Shown: positions 35,928 to 48,856, counted from the first letter of the whole stretch. The stretch: DNA of 56,749 nucleotides, filler included, from Porpidia crustulata (GCA_964255105.1; 2 parts of 2 records of this genome joined end to end with filler, not necessarily neighbours in it); one strand, 5' to 3'. Notes: a model not told the origin generated them from the letters alone. Program-made: numbers and translations.

Positions 35928-37507
35928 ACGTGTTTTTGGCCTTTGAGAGGTAGGTACAGAGGAAGAAGCTACCTAGGTTCAACGGGGAGGCAAGGATTGA
36001 ACAAGGCGAGGGTTAAATGTGGCGAGGAGAAGCGTAGCGGTGGGCCTGCGAGGTGGGTTTGAGAGGGTGAAGTAGACTCAATCAATATAACATTCTTGCG
36101 TTATCTTATTACAAAACTTCACGTTGTGAAGATGATACTCAACTTTACTACGAGACACATCACATCATGAACAGAAGATTTTGCAGCCCGCTCTTCCTGG
36201 CAAAAGTATCTTATCAAAGTAGAGCCACACGTGTGGCATGGCGTTGACACTAAAACCAGTCGACTACCAACTTGACCTGTTATCAATCAATCCGATCTTT
36301 GGACATAGGAGTTGAGAAGATACAAGCCTTTGATACGATATCTTTAGGCGTTTTGGTGTGAGGCTTCTGGGCGAAATCTATGCAAATTCATGTATCCATA
36401 TAAATCACGAAAGGGCCAAGATTCACACTCCGAAAGCGGGCTGCAAAACGTTCCTACCAAGAAAGACTTCACGCCACTGAAAGCCGAGATGAGGAATATA
36501 GACAGCCGGATTGATGCAAGCAGAGTCTGATGAAGAATCTAATGTTCGAGAATTGCAAACGACAAAGAGAGTAATTGGGAAGAGTGGAAAGGTCCATTAG
36601 ATATGGGGCAAACCACTCGTCAATTTTTGTTGAAGAGCAGTTTGGAATATCACGCGGGGATTAGATTTATTTTCATTCCCGAATCCGGCACCTATCAAAT
36701 CCCCTCCAAAACTTCCGTGGTCAACGTTCCACAATGAATTGTTTTTTAATCTTGCCGTTCTGTGGACTAATTACAATTTGATGGCTTCATATGACAATCC
36801 GCCACCTTCATGGCCTCACCATTCTAGGCGAATTGCTGGCTAATATTCGTCTCATCAAGCTCCGCCGAGTTCCACTGGCCAAACGAGTGCACGCTTTGAG
36901 GGGAAAAATAAAATGGTGCTTTTCCGTCGTCGCTGCCAACGCGTTGGGGATGTTCTAGTAGAAAAGTAAAGGAGTGCCGGAGCCCATGCAAAAAACCGTA
37001 AAATATCACTAGTCCCAGTGGTTCCTAATGCCGAGGAATTTTTCCGCCTAAAATCAAGACAACGCCTGATGCCATTTTTGTGAATGTGTAGTGACTCCCC
37101 AAGATCTCCAAGCCTTAAAGAAAAGTCTATCGGAATATGCGTAGTTGCAAGAGGAAATTTGTGTCGTGACCTTTTGAGAAATAGAAACAAGAATGCGAGG
37201 CCGTTACGCGAAAGGATTGGAAAATAAGGCAGGACGCTGTCGTTCTAGTTCTAGTTGGCGAAGGAATCGAGCCCAGAGCCGAATTAGTACGCTCGGTCCT
37301 GCTGAACCGTTACAATACTAAGCTCCGTATCGTCTAAAAGCTTGATGGTGGTCACCAAGTGTAGGTCGAGTGAGCCGAGTCGTATTAGCGATACCCAAAT
37401 CGTATTAAACCTGCAAGCGGGAGAATTGAACAATTCACACTTCCTAGAGTCGAATTGCTATGGTCGAAATCGACAATCAATTCCAAGTAGATACCTGGGT
37501 TTCAAAT

Positions 37508-38938
37508 CTAGCCAGCAACAGGCTGGGGCCCATATCCTGGAGCCATGGAGTAGCGGTCATGATGAGGCATACAGTGACCGCAGCTACAATGACCGCTATG
37601 AGGATTCCAAGGGCCTGCGTTATACTGCTGAGAGAACAATGTGTGATATGCTGGTTGAGGGATCTGTGACGGCAAAATATCTGATGGCGGAGGAATCGTC
37701 CTCAGAGGGTAAGCCTGCTGTCCCTGCCCAAACCCAAGGGCACTCAGCCTGCCATACCATTCAGGTGTATTTGGGCCAGTTTCAGGCGCAGATGGAGGCG
37801 AGTAATCGCTCTTCGATCGCATAGGTGGCCGCTGGTCATATCGAGGTGTTTTCCACTGAGAGCGCGACTGGTCACTTACACAAGTATTCAACGTCTGCGC
37901 GTTGTGCGAGGGTTGGTATGCAGGGGTAGCGGAATAACGCTTAGCCGTGGAACGTTGGCCCGACAAATTTGTGTCCACGGGTGCTAGCTTGAGCGACTCC
38001 AGAGACTTTTCAATAGCTTTCCTATCCTGGTACCCCTCCCATTGTTCTTGCCACAACATGAAGCCTTGAGGATCGTCGACATTGACATGCATGTCCCACT
38101 TGATGGCCAAAAGCCATTCAATCTCAAGCACATTCAGCTCGGCCACGGGAATATTACTGACCTCGGACCAGGAGCGATTCTGAAAAGTGTTGTCGTCCAA
38201 GAACTTCGAACCAAGCAGGAGCGACGTGGTGAGCATTCGATAGACTTGACCACTTCCAGTAGCATACCTACCGCTAGCCGAAAGCATCGTCATTCGCGTA
38301 GACAGATAGTACAACCCCAGAAGAATGGTTGTGCGCGGTAAGCGGGTCGAGGAGAGGACTTGAGAAACGTATTTCCGAAACGCAGGTGAAATCGCAGTCT
38401 TAGGGTTAATACTTCGAGCAATGTCAATATCTGCGAGGCAGATTCGGGAGTCATAGAGATCATACATTCCCTGCGCCGTCTCGGCCACGAAGTCAGCCAT
38501 CTGATCCATCTCGTAGTCCAAGTATGCCGCAACACCACCGATCGCCATTTCTTCCTTGGGCTGGGCCGTAGATTGAGTTCGCTTGATGCGTAGCGTCTGG
38601 TAATCATCTGTACTAGGATCTGGAACTCGAATTGGGGGTAGCAACGGCGCGCTTATGGGCCCATAACGTTTCGTTGGGAGTTGAGATGGAGCACTGATGT
38701 AGCTGGAAATTGCCTGACGATTATTCTCTCGACAGTAGAACGGATGCGACGGAGGCCCTGTAGGATACTGTGGAATGTATTCTCGTCCGGATCCTCCAAT
38801 CTGCAGCTTAGTGTTGTAGGTTCCAGGATGCACTGCTGGGTGTTGCAAGGTGGCAGAATGTTCGGAGTACACCCCATATTGGTCTGGTGGAGTCAGGGGC
38901 ATCGACTGAGGGAATGTGCTTGGGTAGAAAGAAGGCAT
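37508..38938 (-). CDS. Pho85-type cyclin-like protein, Clg1-like
   Basis: Cyclin N domain GGVAAYLDYEM, FRKYVSQVLSSTRLP, LLLGSKFLDDNTFQNRSWSEVSNI and LEIEWL, with P/Q/Y-rich flanks. Confidence 0.88.
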   Translation of the reverse strand: MPSFYPSTFPQSMPLTPPDQYGVYSEHSATLQHPAVHPGTYNTKLQIGGSGREYIPQYPTGPPSHPFYCRENNRQAISSYISAPSQLPTKRYGPISAPLLPPIRVPDPSTDDYQTLRIKRTQSTAQPKEEMAIGGVAAYLDYEMDQMADFVAETAQGMYDLYDSRICLADIDIARSINPKTAISPAFRKYVSQVLSSTRLPRTTILLGLYYLSTRMTMLSASGRYATGSGQVYRMLTTSLLLGSKFLDDNTFQNRSWSEVSNIPVAELNVLEIEWLLAIKWDMHVNVDDPQGFMLWQEQWEGYQDRKAIEKSLESLKLAPVDTNLSGQRSTAKRYSATPAYQPSHNAQTLNTCVSDQSRSQWKTPRYDQRPPMRSKSDYSPPSAPETGPNTPEWYGRLSALGFGQGQQAYPLRTIPPPSDILPSQIPQPAYHTLFSQQYNAGPWNPHSGHCSCGHCMPHHDRYSMAPGYGPQPVAG

Positions 38939-41277
38939 GACTTGAAAGTAGTCTTAACCGCAATGCTTCCCCAAGTGGCGAGTACAGCCAAGGCGCGATA
39001 ACTCTTGAACTATGGCGGAGTCAGCTCCCTTGCCTAGAGTATTTACTTAGAGTGTAGGCTCACAGTGATCACGGCCGTCTGGTCCCCGCTCCCAAGAGCC
39101 TAGGATGCCTCGGCAAGCGAGACGTCTGTGACGATGTCGAGAGACCGAAAGGAGCAGTCAGAGTTTCATGAATGACGGAAGAGTCTGTTCCTTTTTTATT
39201 TTGGTTCCCTTGAATACGGTTGCGATATATGAGAGTCGTGGCACAAAAAATAAGGTCGTGACGCTGAAAGAACAGGATCGCTAAGGTAAAACAAACAGAT
39301 GTCCGTACAGAAGGAAATGGTAAATATGCCACAGGGTCTTTCTACAACAGGTCGTGACTGCGGCTAAGTGCAGGTGAATGCTGGTGTTGAGGGCCTGCGA
39401 GTGTTGTCTTGTCCGTTTGACAAAGATGAGCAGACCAGCCGAACTCTTGCGAAGTGTTGAGGGATCAGGGTGAAAGCGTCGTGTACCAAGAGATCCCAAG
39501 TCTTAGTTAAAAGCTCTGTCAGCTCGGTGTCGACCCAAAAAAAGGTGTGCTGTTGGTGATGAATGGTGGGAAGGAAGTAAAGCCCTGAGGGATCCTATAC
39601 GTTTGAAGCCATGGAATGTGGTTTCTAGTGAAGAAAGGGGCAGCGAAAGCAAATGAGTGAGCGACAAGGAGCAAGCTGGTAAGCGTACTGCCGAGCGGAC
39701 ACACGATGCCGCAAAGTGTTGCTCTGTCTTTCAAATCACCTGGGTGTAGTATTCCCAATGAAGGCTGACTGTGCTGATCAATGATGATTGGTATCGCCTG
39801 CGGTGTTGCTGGACAGAGGTCGAAGTAATGTACAACGACGTAGACCCTTTTGTTGATCACCGAAAGTGAGAAAAAAGTCTTTGGTGGAGTATCGAAAGCC
39901 GAGACTTGACGGTGGCAGTGGTCGGTTTACGACGGATCGAGCTGGCTGGGGGTTACAAACGGTTTTACAATTTTATCGCGGGAAATTATTGCAATTTCTC
40001 CATCTGCTCCAACAGATTATCCACTGTGGCGGTGGAGGCAGGGAAAAGACCGACAATTAACAGAGCAATGAACCACGCGATGAGCGGAGAGGTAGGTAGA
40101 TAGATGGTTAGGTAGGTAGTATGGGGAGGTCGATGATGGAGACCCTAGGGGAGGTGTCGAAAAAGAAGTCGAAGGAAGTATTTGAAGTTTGATGACGAAG
40201 AACGCTGGACGTCAAGATGTGTGGGTGGTGGGTGGTGGGATGATGGTACGGATTATTTTGACGGGCCTAGCAGGCGGCAGGACAGGCTTCAAGACTCAAG
40301 AGTCATGGAAAGACCATGGTTCACCAGTCGTTGTCCCGTCCTTTGGTCAGCAGTGGGCAAACGAGCGAGGTGATTTTTTCCCCCTTCTTCCTCGGCGGGG
40401 CGTTCGGGACTTTCGTTAGCATATGAATTTTCAGTGGGTGACTCTAACACTAAAGTAGTTACTAGGGTACTAGGTACCCACTACTTACAACCAAGAGGAC
40501 CCGTGAATTGAAATCTATTAAGGTGATGAGTCAGGTACCTATATATGTGAATGCCTAAAGTACCATGCCACACGCGAATGATGGGTTTCGCTGTGATTTC
40601 CGACTTCGGCGAGATCAGTCACATTTTACTCTTCAACCATCACCACATGTGCTTGCTTACTGATAATTACGGGAGTAAGATATCTTACCTATGATAGGTA
40701 GATAAGGTGCTTACTCGCAAATTCAAATCACTCGCTGAAACCTTACAGTGTCTGACCATACGTTGATGTAATATTGAAGTGTGAATTAGGTCTTGTTCTA
40801 CCTTGATTGAACATCATTGGTGCTTGTTGACTCGGCACACAGTTGTGGACATGTCGGACAGTCTCCCGTCACATGGTCACACAGGCACCTACTTGGTTGC
40901 TTTTTTGGATAGCTCGAGCGATTCAATCACTTGGCCATTGAACTAAAGACTGCGGTTATTCTGCAATTGCAGCTTGCTTGTTCAGGTAGGCTTCGGACAA
41001 AAAGGTAAGGTAGCCACATCATCAATCAAGAGACCCGAAAGGGCAAGGCAGTAGTGTATCGTTGTCTTCGACTACGAAGGCCATAGCTATGTTCCAGACA
41101 TGCGGAGCTGTGCTTCCTGTGGCGCCTGTGCACGCATGTAGGGTTTCCGAAGCAAATCTCTGTTCCTTCTGTGCACTTCGTCAATGACGGGGTATCACAG
41201 GTCCAACGCCTAGCTGCGACGCCAATTTCGAGAGACGATGCCTTGTGCTGTCTCAGCTACCAATTACTGCTCATAGC

Positions 41278-42991
41278 TTAGGAATTGTAGCTTATGCGTA
41301 ACTTGGCCCGTGCTTGGTCGTCGTCCTGGCCGCCCCAGCTCTGCTTCCAGATAACTTCCTCAGTCATCATCTCTTCGTAGGCTTGCCGGTTCTGATCAGG
41401 CAAATTGTCGATGACGTTCTGTGGCACGTCTGTCAATCCGCAAGGTCCGACGTCCATCGTCTGTCCGTCCGGTCCAGGGATTCCCAACCCCGAGTATGGT
41501 GGATTGACGTAATACGTATCCGTAATGGTATAATTGCGAATGAATACTGGCGCAATATCTGGGAATATGGAATTGATTACAGGAACATCGTGCGTTATCT
41601 CGCGCTGGTTGTATGGTAGTGGGGTCGACGATGCTGGCCCAGGTGGCAGCTGTTCCCATCGACCGTGCGTTGGTTGCATGATCTTGGGGTATTGCATCAC
41701 ATTGGTGTGAGGATCGTAAATACCTTCGAGGTTCTGGCGGCGCATCACGGCTAATTTGGAGTTGAAAGAACTACTCTGATAAGCGGAGCAAGATGCGAAA
41801 GCGAAGACGTTGACCTACCTAGCCGCTTGTGCATGTTCAAACATCCAATTGTCACCCGTGACCATGACCCTCCTCTTCTTGCCGTCTGGAACCTTGCCGT
41901 TGGGTAGTGGTACGCTTGGTACTCCTGAGTGGTAAACACTGCTTGCCCCGTGCCATGCTACATACCGGTTCTTGTCGTAGGTGTCGCCACTGCCGGGAGC
42001 CTTGTCCTCAGGTACTGCGACTTCACCCTCAACGTCACCACGGGCTCTAGCCTCTGTTACCTGGTAGTCGTCCATCACTTTATGGCCCCCGATTACTATT
42101 TGAGCTCCAAATTCTCGGAAGACTGAGCGGGCGGTGACAACTCCGATAGCGCGGCCTTTGTATGAATGCGGAATCAAATTGCGCTCTATCAAGTCACGCT
42201 TTGCCTCATCGGCGAGAATTATCTTGTAGAGCGATCGGTGCTTCTGAAAGAACAAATAGCTGTCCCGGAATCCGATGCATCTAGCGGGCTCAGTGGACAG
42301 CATATATAGCCGGTCACCTTTGCCGCTAATGGTAAACACGCGTACTCGATACTCTCGATCTCCTTGCAAACGCCCCATCTTATCAACTTTTTTCTCGCCC
42401 TCAGGATCCTCGGGCAATTCCACTTCATCGTCTTTGACATTGGCCATGTTACCTTCTTTGTCTAAAGGGACCTGGGTAACATGTGACGGTCCTCCTCTAG
42501 ACTTTCCCCATCTGCCTACACCTGATCCACGAACCCCACCGCGCCACCCACCCCACTTGCGCGGAGTCCCAGTATCTGAGGCCGCATCTCGGGATTCTTC
42601 CCCGTCTCGATTGAGTCGATTTTTTGCAGGTCTACCAGCGCGCCGCTTTTGGGGAATCGTCAATCTCCCCCGAGCCGGAGTGGATGGTTGTGAAACTTCT
42701 TCCGAATCATGCCCAGATCCTTCTTCCGAATCTCCATCGGCCGGCTGTATTTCGGCGTGCTCGTCGCCATCAATATCTATAGGAGTTACCGCATCCTCTT
42801 GCACAGCATCAGCCATCTCCTCATCAGAATCGTCAGCTACCTCAGGAGTTGATTTGCCTGTGATGAGCTTCAGCTGCTGAAATTCGACGTCTAACGCGCG
42901 AGCGCGTCATCGTAAGGGGACAAGACATGGACGTACTAGCAAGCAATGCAGCAGCAGCTTGCGCTGCAGCCACTCTTGATCTTCTAGCCAT
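41278..42991 (-). CDS. NPL6: Chromatin remodelling complex subunit Rsc7/Npl6/Swp82 family (3 exons)
   Basis: Motifs DPEGEKKVD...GDREYRVRVF, YMLSTEPAR, FRDSYLFF and VTARSVFREFGA. Introns 42936-42858 and 41818-41771. Confidence 0.88.
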
Positions 42992-43263
42992 GACTTCCAC
43001 CGAGCGCGTCGATAAGGCCTGTCATCGCCGACACATGCAGAAACACATCAAATTCTCTACTGTATATATTAAGATATTAAATAATTGATTGATTGCCTGA
43101 TGCAGATAACGGAGCTAATGACCAGTGAGAAACTAAGGTAGGTACTTATTGGACAGCGGGACGGAACATCCACGATACCGGCGCTATTCTGTAGGAGGGC
43201 TAATCACGAGGGCGGTCTCAGCCTTATGAAGAGATATCACACTCAGACAGTACTTTAGTAGAA

Positions 43264-43283
43264 GTAGGTAGGTAGGTAGGTAG
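43264..43283. repeat. (GTAG)5 microsatellite
   Basis: gtaggtaggtaggtaggtag read directly from the sequence. Confidence 0.85.
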
Positions 43284-44172
43284 ATATTAGGTATCTACAT
43301 AATATGTAGAACGAGGTTATGGAAGAAAAAACGGCCTCCATGGGGTGCTCAGATGAAGAGGCAGATTAACGACTTAGTTGGAATTTGACTATCCCATCGA
43401 TAAGGTAAGCGAGGGTACACTAGTCTTTTTGTGATTGATTTGGACGTTATGGCTACCGACTTCGGTACCACTGCCTACAACTACCTCACGTGCTCACCAC
43501 CTCACCTTGCTTAGGTACTTGTTGAGCTTAGCACAGAATACCACTTTGCACCAAAACTACCACATCAAGTGTATTCCGGCCGAGTGGAAGGGTCTTCATC
43601 ATGTCATCCATCATCGTCAGAAAGTCCGCCCGAACAAGGTGGGTGGGTGGTAACGAAGGTGAGAAAAATTATTTGCGTAAAATTATAATGATCTATTAAC
43701 TCCTAAGCCCTGAACACCTGGGATAGTTGTAAAATTACTAGGTAGAAGGTAGAGAGTCAAAATATTCAGTTGGTGGGCTACTTGTTGTGGTGGATTTAAG
43801 CGCAACTCTCATACTCATCGTCTGTGGGAAAGCGACGCCCTGCCCAAATTAGTTACTGAAGCCGCCAAGTGGAAATCCCACCCACTTACCGCACTACTCA
43901 TTGTAGGTGCGTAGGTACATTGCTGCAGAAGTACCCTCCAGCTACCTGCCATCATTGCTTGCCTTACTCGACCAGTCAGGAGCACCGACGACTTTCAGCA
44001 TCAATCCGGCAAACGGTCTAGAGGCCAACGGATCAGGAAGACGGGTTAATATCACAATCCCATCCCCGCAATCATACATCATTGCCCGCGCCGTCAACTG
44101 CCTTACCATCTTCACCACTCTCCGCCGGCTTCTTCAGCAATTACTTATCAGCTCCTGGAAACCCGTGTAATC

Positions 44173-47100
44173 ATGACTGTTCAACAGCATGATGGCATTA
44201 ATCCCCATACCGCGGCAGATCTGTTGAGGAAAGCAATGCTACAGAGGTAAGCAATAGTATCCATATCAGCATTTCTTTGCGCACGTTCTCTATCCATCGC
44301 GACGCCTTTGCCGGGAAACGTTTCGGTCCGCAGGTCAGCCTCTTCCCTTACCCTCTCGCCAGCTCAGTCTACGCAGCACGAGCAGGTAAGCGAGTACGCA
44401 AGGATGAGCTGGCTTACAGATGCATGAACCTGAGCCAGAGGTCAACAAGGTCTGTGTCTCTCGTGCCCTCGCCATTCGCGGTCCACCAGCACTGGCTTGG
44501 ACGACAGCACGGCTCAGGGGAGAGTCGTACTGTTTTCTAACACCGCTTGCGCCTTCACTTTCACATGCTCCGTGGGTCGATTGCTCTACATCTATATATT
44601 ACCATCTTAATCGTGGATGAGACGGAAGACTTGCTTTCTAGTCTAAAGATCTCGGCCCGGGTAAACTTCGAGTTCTTCATTTGCGGAAATCTGGGTCTCC
44701 CCAGATAGCCGACGACTTTGACACACTGTACAAAATTTTCACCTCAGAGCAGACTAATCATCGGCCATTTGTACCTTGAGTTTTGCAGGCTCTCCTGCTC
44801 CCCGTCTATTGTTCCATACCCAAGTCTTCCCTTTCGACCTTGGGCATGTCATTTTCTTGAGGTGGCAAAGATTCAGCCGAACCCTGTCTGCGGGGCCCTT
44901 ATCATGTCGCATTTATTACCCAGAGTTCCACAAGTAGAAAATGACAGTAGCTAACGGGCAGCACGAACCCAGCCGATCAGACGACGATGGTCATGATCAG
45001 ATTCCATCCGCAAGCACCACTCCTTCTGGCGTCGCGACACCGCGTCCAGACCCAGCCGATAAACGTCTACCAGGTATAATACATAGCTATTTTGGACAGG
45101 TTCGTTCAAGATCTTCTACAAGTCACAGTTCGAAGAATTTGTCGCCGCTCGCCACTCCCATACCAGATATGAGGATCCCAGACTACATTCAGACAGCCTT
45201 CCACGAAGGTCCATCCGGTACCTTGCCTACAGCACCAAGCTCACCCGGTACGCAATGTGGCAAGTCAGAAAGCCTGACTCCCCCTCTGCTACCACTCGAT
45301 TCTCGGCAGCAAGGGCTTTTTCCTAGCCCTGCCAACTTTGCACTATACCCTACACCGCCCATCTCATCACCGTCGTCAATACACAAGGGGGGTGATGGTT
45401 GCTCTGATACAGAAGGGATTCATCATGAACGTGAGGTTCCCTGTCTCAGCCGGCCAAGCTTGGGAAGAAACACACCTGGAGCCGAAGCCATACCTCTACG
45501 CACGCGTCGCCATACCGGTGGCTTGAACCCTCTTTCTAATATTATGACAAGTTCTTCTGTTTATGCTGCGCACATATCGAATCCCACCTCCCCATCTTCG
45601 TCCACTGTTCCCAGCTTACCTTACAAGGACTCTCGTACAATTTCTGCACATTCTTCTTTGATTTCTTATCTTGGGCAGGCAAAGCTGACTCCTGGCGTGG
45701 CGGCTCCGCCGCGGACTAAGAACACACCTCCGCTCACACCAAGAGCGTTGTCAAACGATGGAGTGGATGGCGCCTCAAAGGTACCCTCAACTTCATATTC
45801 TGGTTCAGGAGACGGAGCGCGTCTTGGAAAACCAGATCCAAATGCCTCAAACATCCAACCAAAATCGACCCCCTCGCCGCCTGTGGGTCCACCTAAAGGT
45901 AAATTACAAGTGAGAATTTCTGGAGCACGTGGATTAAGGCCGAGCTATGATCCTTATGTAGTGTGCGTCTTCGAATGGAATGAATCAATTGCGAGTGGGA
46001 AGCAGACAGACTCAAATATCGAACGGGATGATTCACAAGGCAAAGACGATCTTCTCGCGGGTATACCGATCAAGCGATCGGGCAGCGACATGGGCAGGTC
46101 GATGGCAATTCCAATGAAGAGTCGACAAAGCAGTACAACTAGTCTCTCTGATCAGAAGAAATTCAAAGCCGGGAGGCAAGTCACTGACCCAATTTGGAAC
46201 CACGAAGCAATATTGTAGGAATGCCAGATATTCGAGTTCTTGCTTATAGCTAACTTTTTCAAGCGATGTACTCGGAGGGCATTCGGATATCGACCTCTAT
46301 GTATATGACCGAGCTGATCAAGAGGCTTTCCTGGGCCATGTCAAGGTTTCGCCCAATGTGAGTGATGAAGGTTCCAGAATTGAAGGATGGTACAGATTGG
46401 AAGCGCGAGATCCGGAGACAGACCATGTGTCTGGCGAAATCCATCTTGAATATCTGTACCAGAAAATAGACAAGAAGCAATATGGACCTGAAGACTTCCA
46501 GATCTTAAAGCTCATTGGAAAAGGTTGACAACGTATCTATTCCTCGAGTATTGCTCGGCTGATTCATGGTTGCAGGTACTTTTGGCCAGGTATACTTGGT
46601 CCGGAAGAAGGATACCCAACGGGTTTACGCCATGAAAGTCCTATCGAAAAAGGTCATTGTGCAGAAGAAAGAGATTGCTCACACCCTGGGTGAACGCAAC
46701 ATCTTGGTTCGAACTGCAATGGCAGATTCTCCATTCATTGTTGGCCTCAAGTTCTCGTTCCAAACAGCAACGGATTTGTATTTGGTCACCGGTTACATGT
46801 CTGGTGGAGAGTTATTCTGGCATCTTCAAAAGGCTGGCAGATTTAACGAAGCACGTGCCAAATTCTACATTGCCGAGCTCATACTGGCCTTACAACACTT
46901 GCACTCATATGACATCGTCTACCGGGATCTCAAACCAGAGAACATCCTCTTAGACGCCAACGGTCACATCGCGCTCTGCGACTTCGGTCTTTCCAAAGCT
47001 AACCTTACCAAGGACGACACTACAAATACGTTCTGCGGTACTACAGAATACCTAGCCCCTGAAGTGCTCCTCGACGAACAAGGTTATACCACTATGGTGG

Positions 47101-47741
47101 ATTTCTGGTCTCTGGGAGTTTTAGTATTTGAGATGTGCTGTGGTTGGAGTCCGTTTTATGCCGACGATACACAGCAGATGTATAAAAACATTGCCTTTGG
47201 AAAGGTTCGTTTTCCACGTGATGCTTTGAGCACCGAAGGCAGAAATTTTGTTAAAGGTTTATTGAACCGCAATCCCAAACACCGGCTAGGTGCCATCAAC
47301 GATGCCGAAGACCTAAAAGCCCACCCATTCTTTGCCGATATGGATTGGGATGCTTTGATGAACAAGATGGTTGTGCCCCCATTCAAACCCAAACTCAAGT
47401 CTGTACTTGATACGTCCAACTTTGATCCCGAATTCACCAATGCGCTACAGAATTCTTCGTCACTGAACGCGCGCGCCGCTGCCTTGACCTCGGGGAACAT
47501 TCCTGCTTCAACGCCTTTGTCACCTGGGGTGCAAGCTAACTTCAAAGGCTTCACTTTCGTCGACGAAAGCACCATGGACGAACAATTCCGGGGCAATGAC
47601 CTGGAGAAAATGGAGGAAGACGATGAAGATGATGAGGAGCATTTGGACTCCAAGGATGGTAGTGATAACCGTATGAGTGGCATCATCAAGACGGCCGACG
47701 CCGAGGAAGGAATTTTCAACAACAGCCACTTTGATATATGA
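44173..47741 (+). CDS. SCH9: AGC Ser/Thr kinase Sch9 (C2 domain plus kinase)
   Basis: Kinase motifs GKGTFGQV, YRDLKPEN, DFGLSK and TFCGTTEYLAPE, hydrophobic motif FKGFTF, and C2 segment PYVVCVFEWNE. Proposed first exon 44173-44246 spliced to 44973; later introns 46215-46263 and 46524-46575. Confidence 0.93.
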
Positions 47742-48314
47742 TACGCCACGATGAACGACAACTATTATTCGTCTGTCCATATCTCGAGTTGAAGCGTCTC
47801 AGCGTCTCTCTTGCACATAATCATTTACCAATTACCACAACGGATGGCGGCTTCAGAAATCGGATTATCTCATTATTTCTCTGGGTTGGGCGTGGCGTAG
47901 AAGGGGCTTGAATGAATGGAGTTCGTAGCATTGGAGTTTCTACATGCCACACGCCTTTTCTGATATACCTCCGTGGACTCACAGCGGAGATAAGGACTTA
48001 TGGCTTCGGATGATTATTGCTATTACGCGTCATGCTTGCTATTGCAGGGAGGTAATTTACTTCAGCCAAGGCTGGGTGAAAAATTCGAAAGCACTTTCAC
48101 GTCGATCGGCGCAAAAAGTTCGCATAGATAGCGATTCATTCGGGCTTTTGCATCGGGATAGCAGTGTGCTCTACCAGTGTACATTTCATGAAGCCTACAT
48201 AGGGCGCTTCGTGAGTCAGTTGATCACCATTGCTCCAAACGTCCAACCTAAGTCCATGTGCCTGATGTGAATCTAATGCCATTCAGAAGAATGAAAGAAC
48301 GCCTTCGCCTCACT

Positions 48315-48444
48315 GCTACCCTCAGGGTCCCGTACCACACCCTCGGTTGGACAGCGAGCAGGTGGTGGCGTCCGCTTCGGGTGCCCCTGACCCTGTAGCT
48401 ACGAACAATGCCATGGGCTTTGTTCACGATCGACGGTTTTGTGA
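48315..48444 (+). ncRNA. Candidate structured RNA element of unknown class
   Basis: GC-rich intergenic island with nested complementary segments forming a three-way junction plus following hairpins (see findings). No known family recognised. Confidence 0.35.
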
Positions 48445-48856
48445 CATATGGATTCCTTCTACGTCGTATCGCTTGCTCCTTATTCTTCCCTTGAGTTCAT
48501 CGTTACTTGGATATCTTTAATGAAGTGATTATAGAAGCGAGAAATGACGAGACCCATTTCGTGAATCACCACAGCATATAGACCGATGGGAGAACCATTG
48601 CCAGGCACCCAGACTGGTGCATGTTTTCGGATGATAGCATCCGGATGTCTCCATAGTGTCGAGCCATCATGTGTACACCATACTTTTTCGAGAGGCATGG
48701 TCGAATCGGCAGTATACTTAGCCTATGTACTATCTCAATATGTATAGATTTACAAACATAGAATCACGGGTGGAAGATGCTTCCAACATGTACAGACAAC
48801 ACTAGTATGTCCCATGTTCCCAGGCACCACGGCAAACAGAGGCCAATCGATGACCG

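Noticed and set aside
38400..38408. TTAGGGTTA (telomerase-template-like TAACCCTAA on the minus strand)
   Set aside because: It lies inside the cyclin CDS, is a single short match, and has no supporting telomerase RNA features.
32959..38938. Two cyclins flanking the deaminase as a functional cluster
   Set aside because: The cyclins belong to different subfamilies (transcriptional versus Pho85-type) and nothing in the sequence links them; synteny data would be needed.
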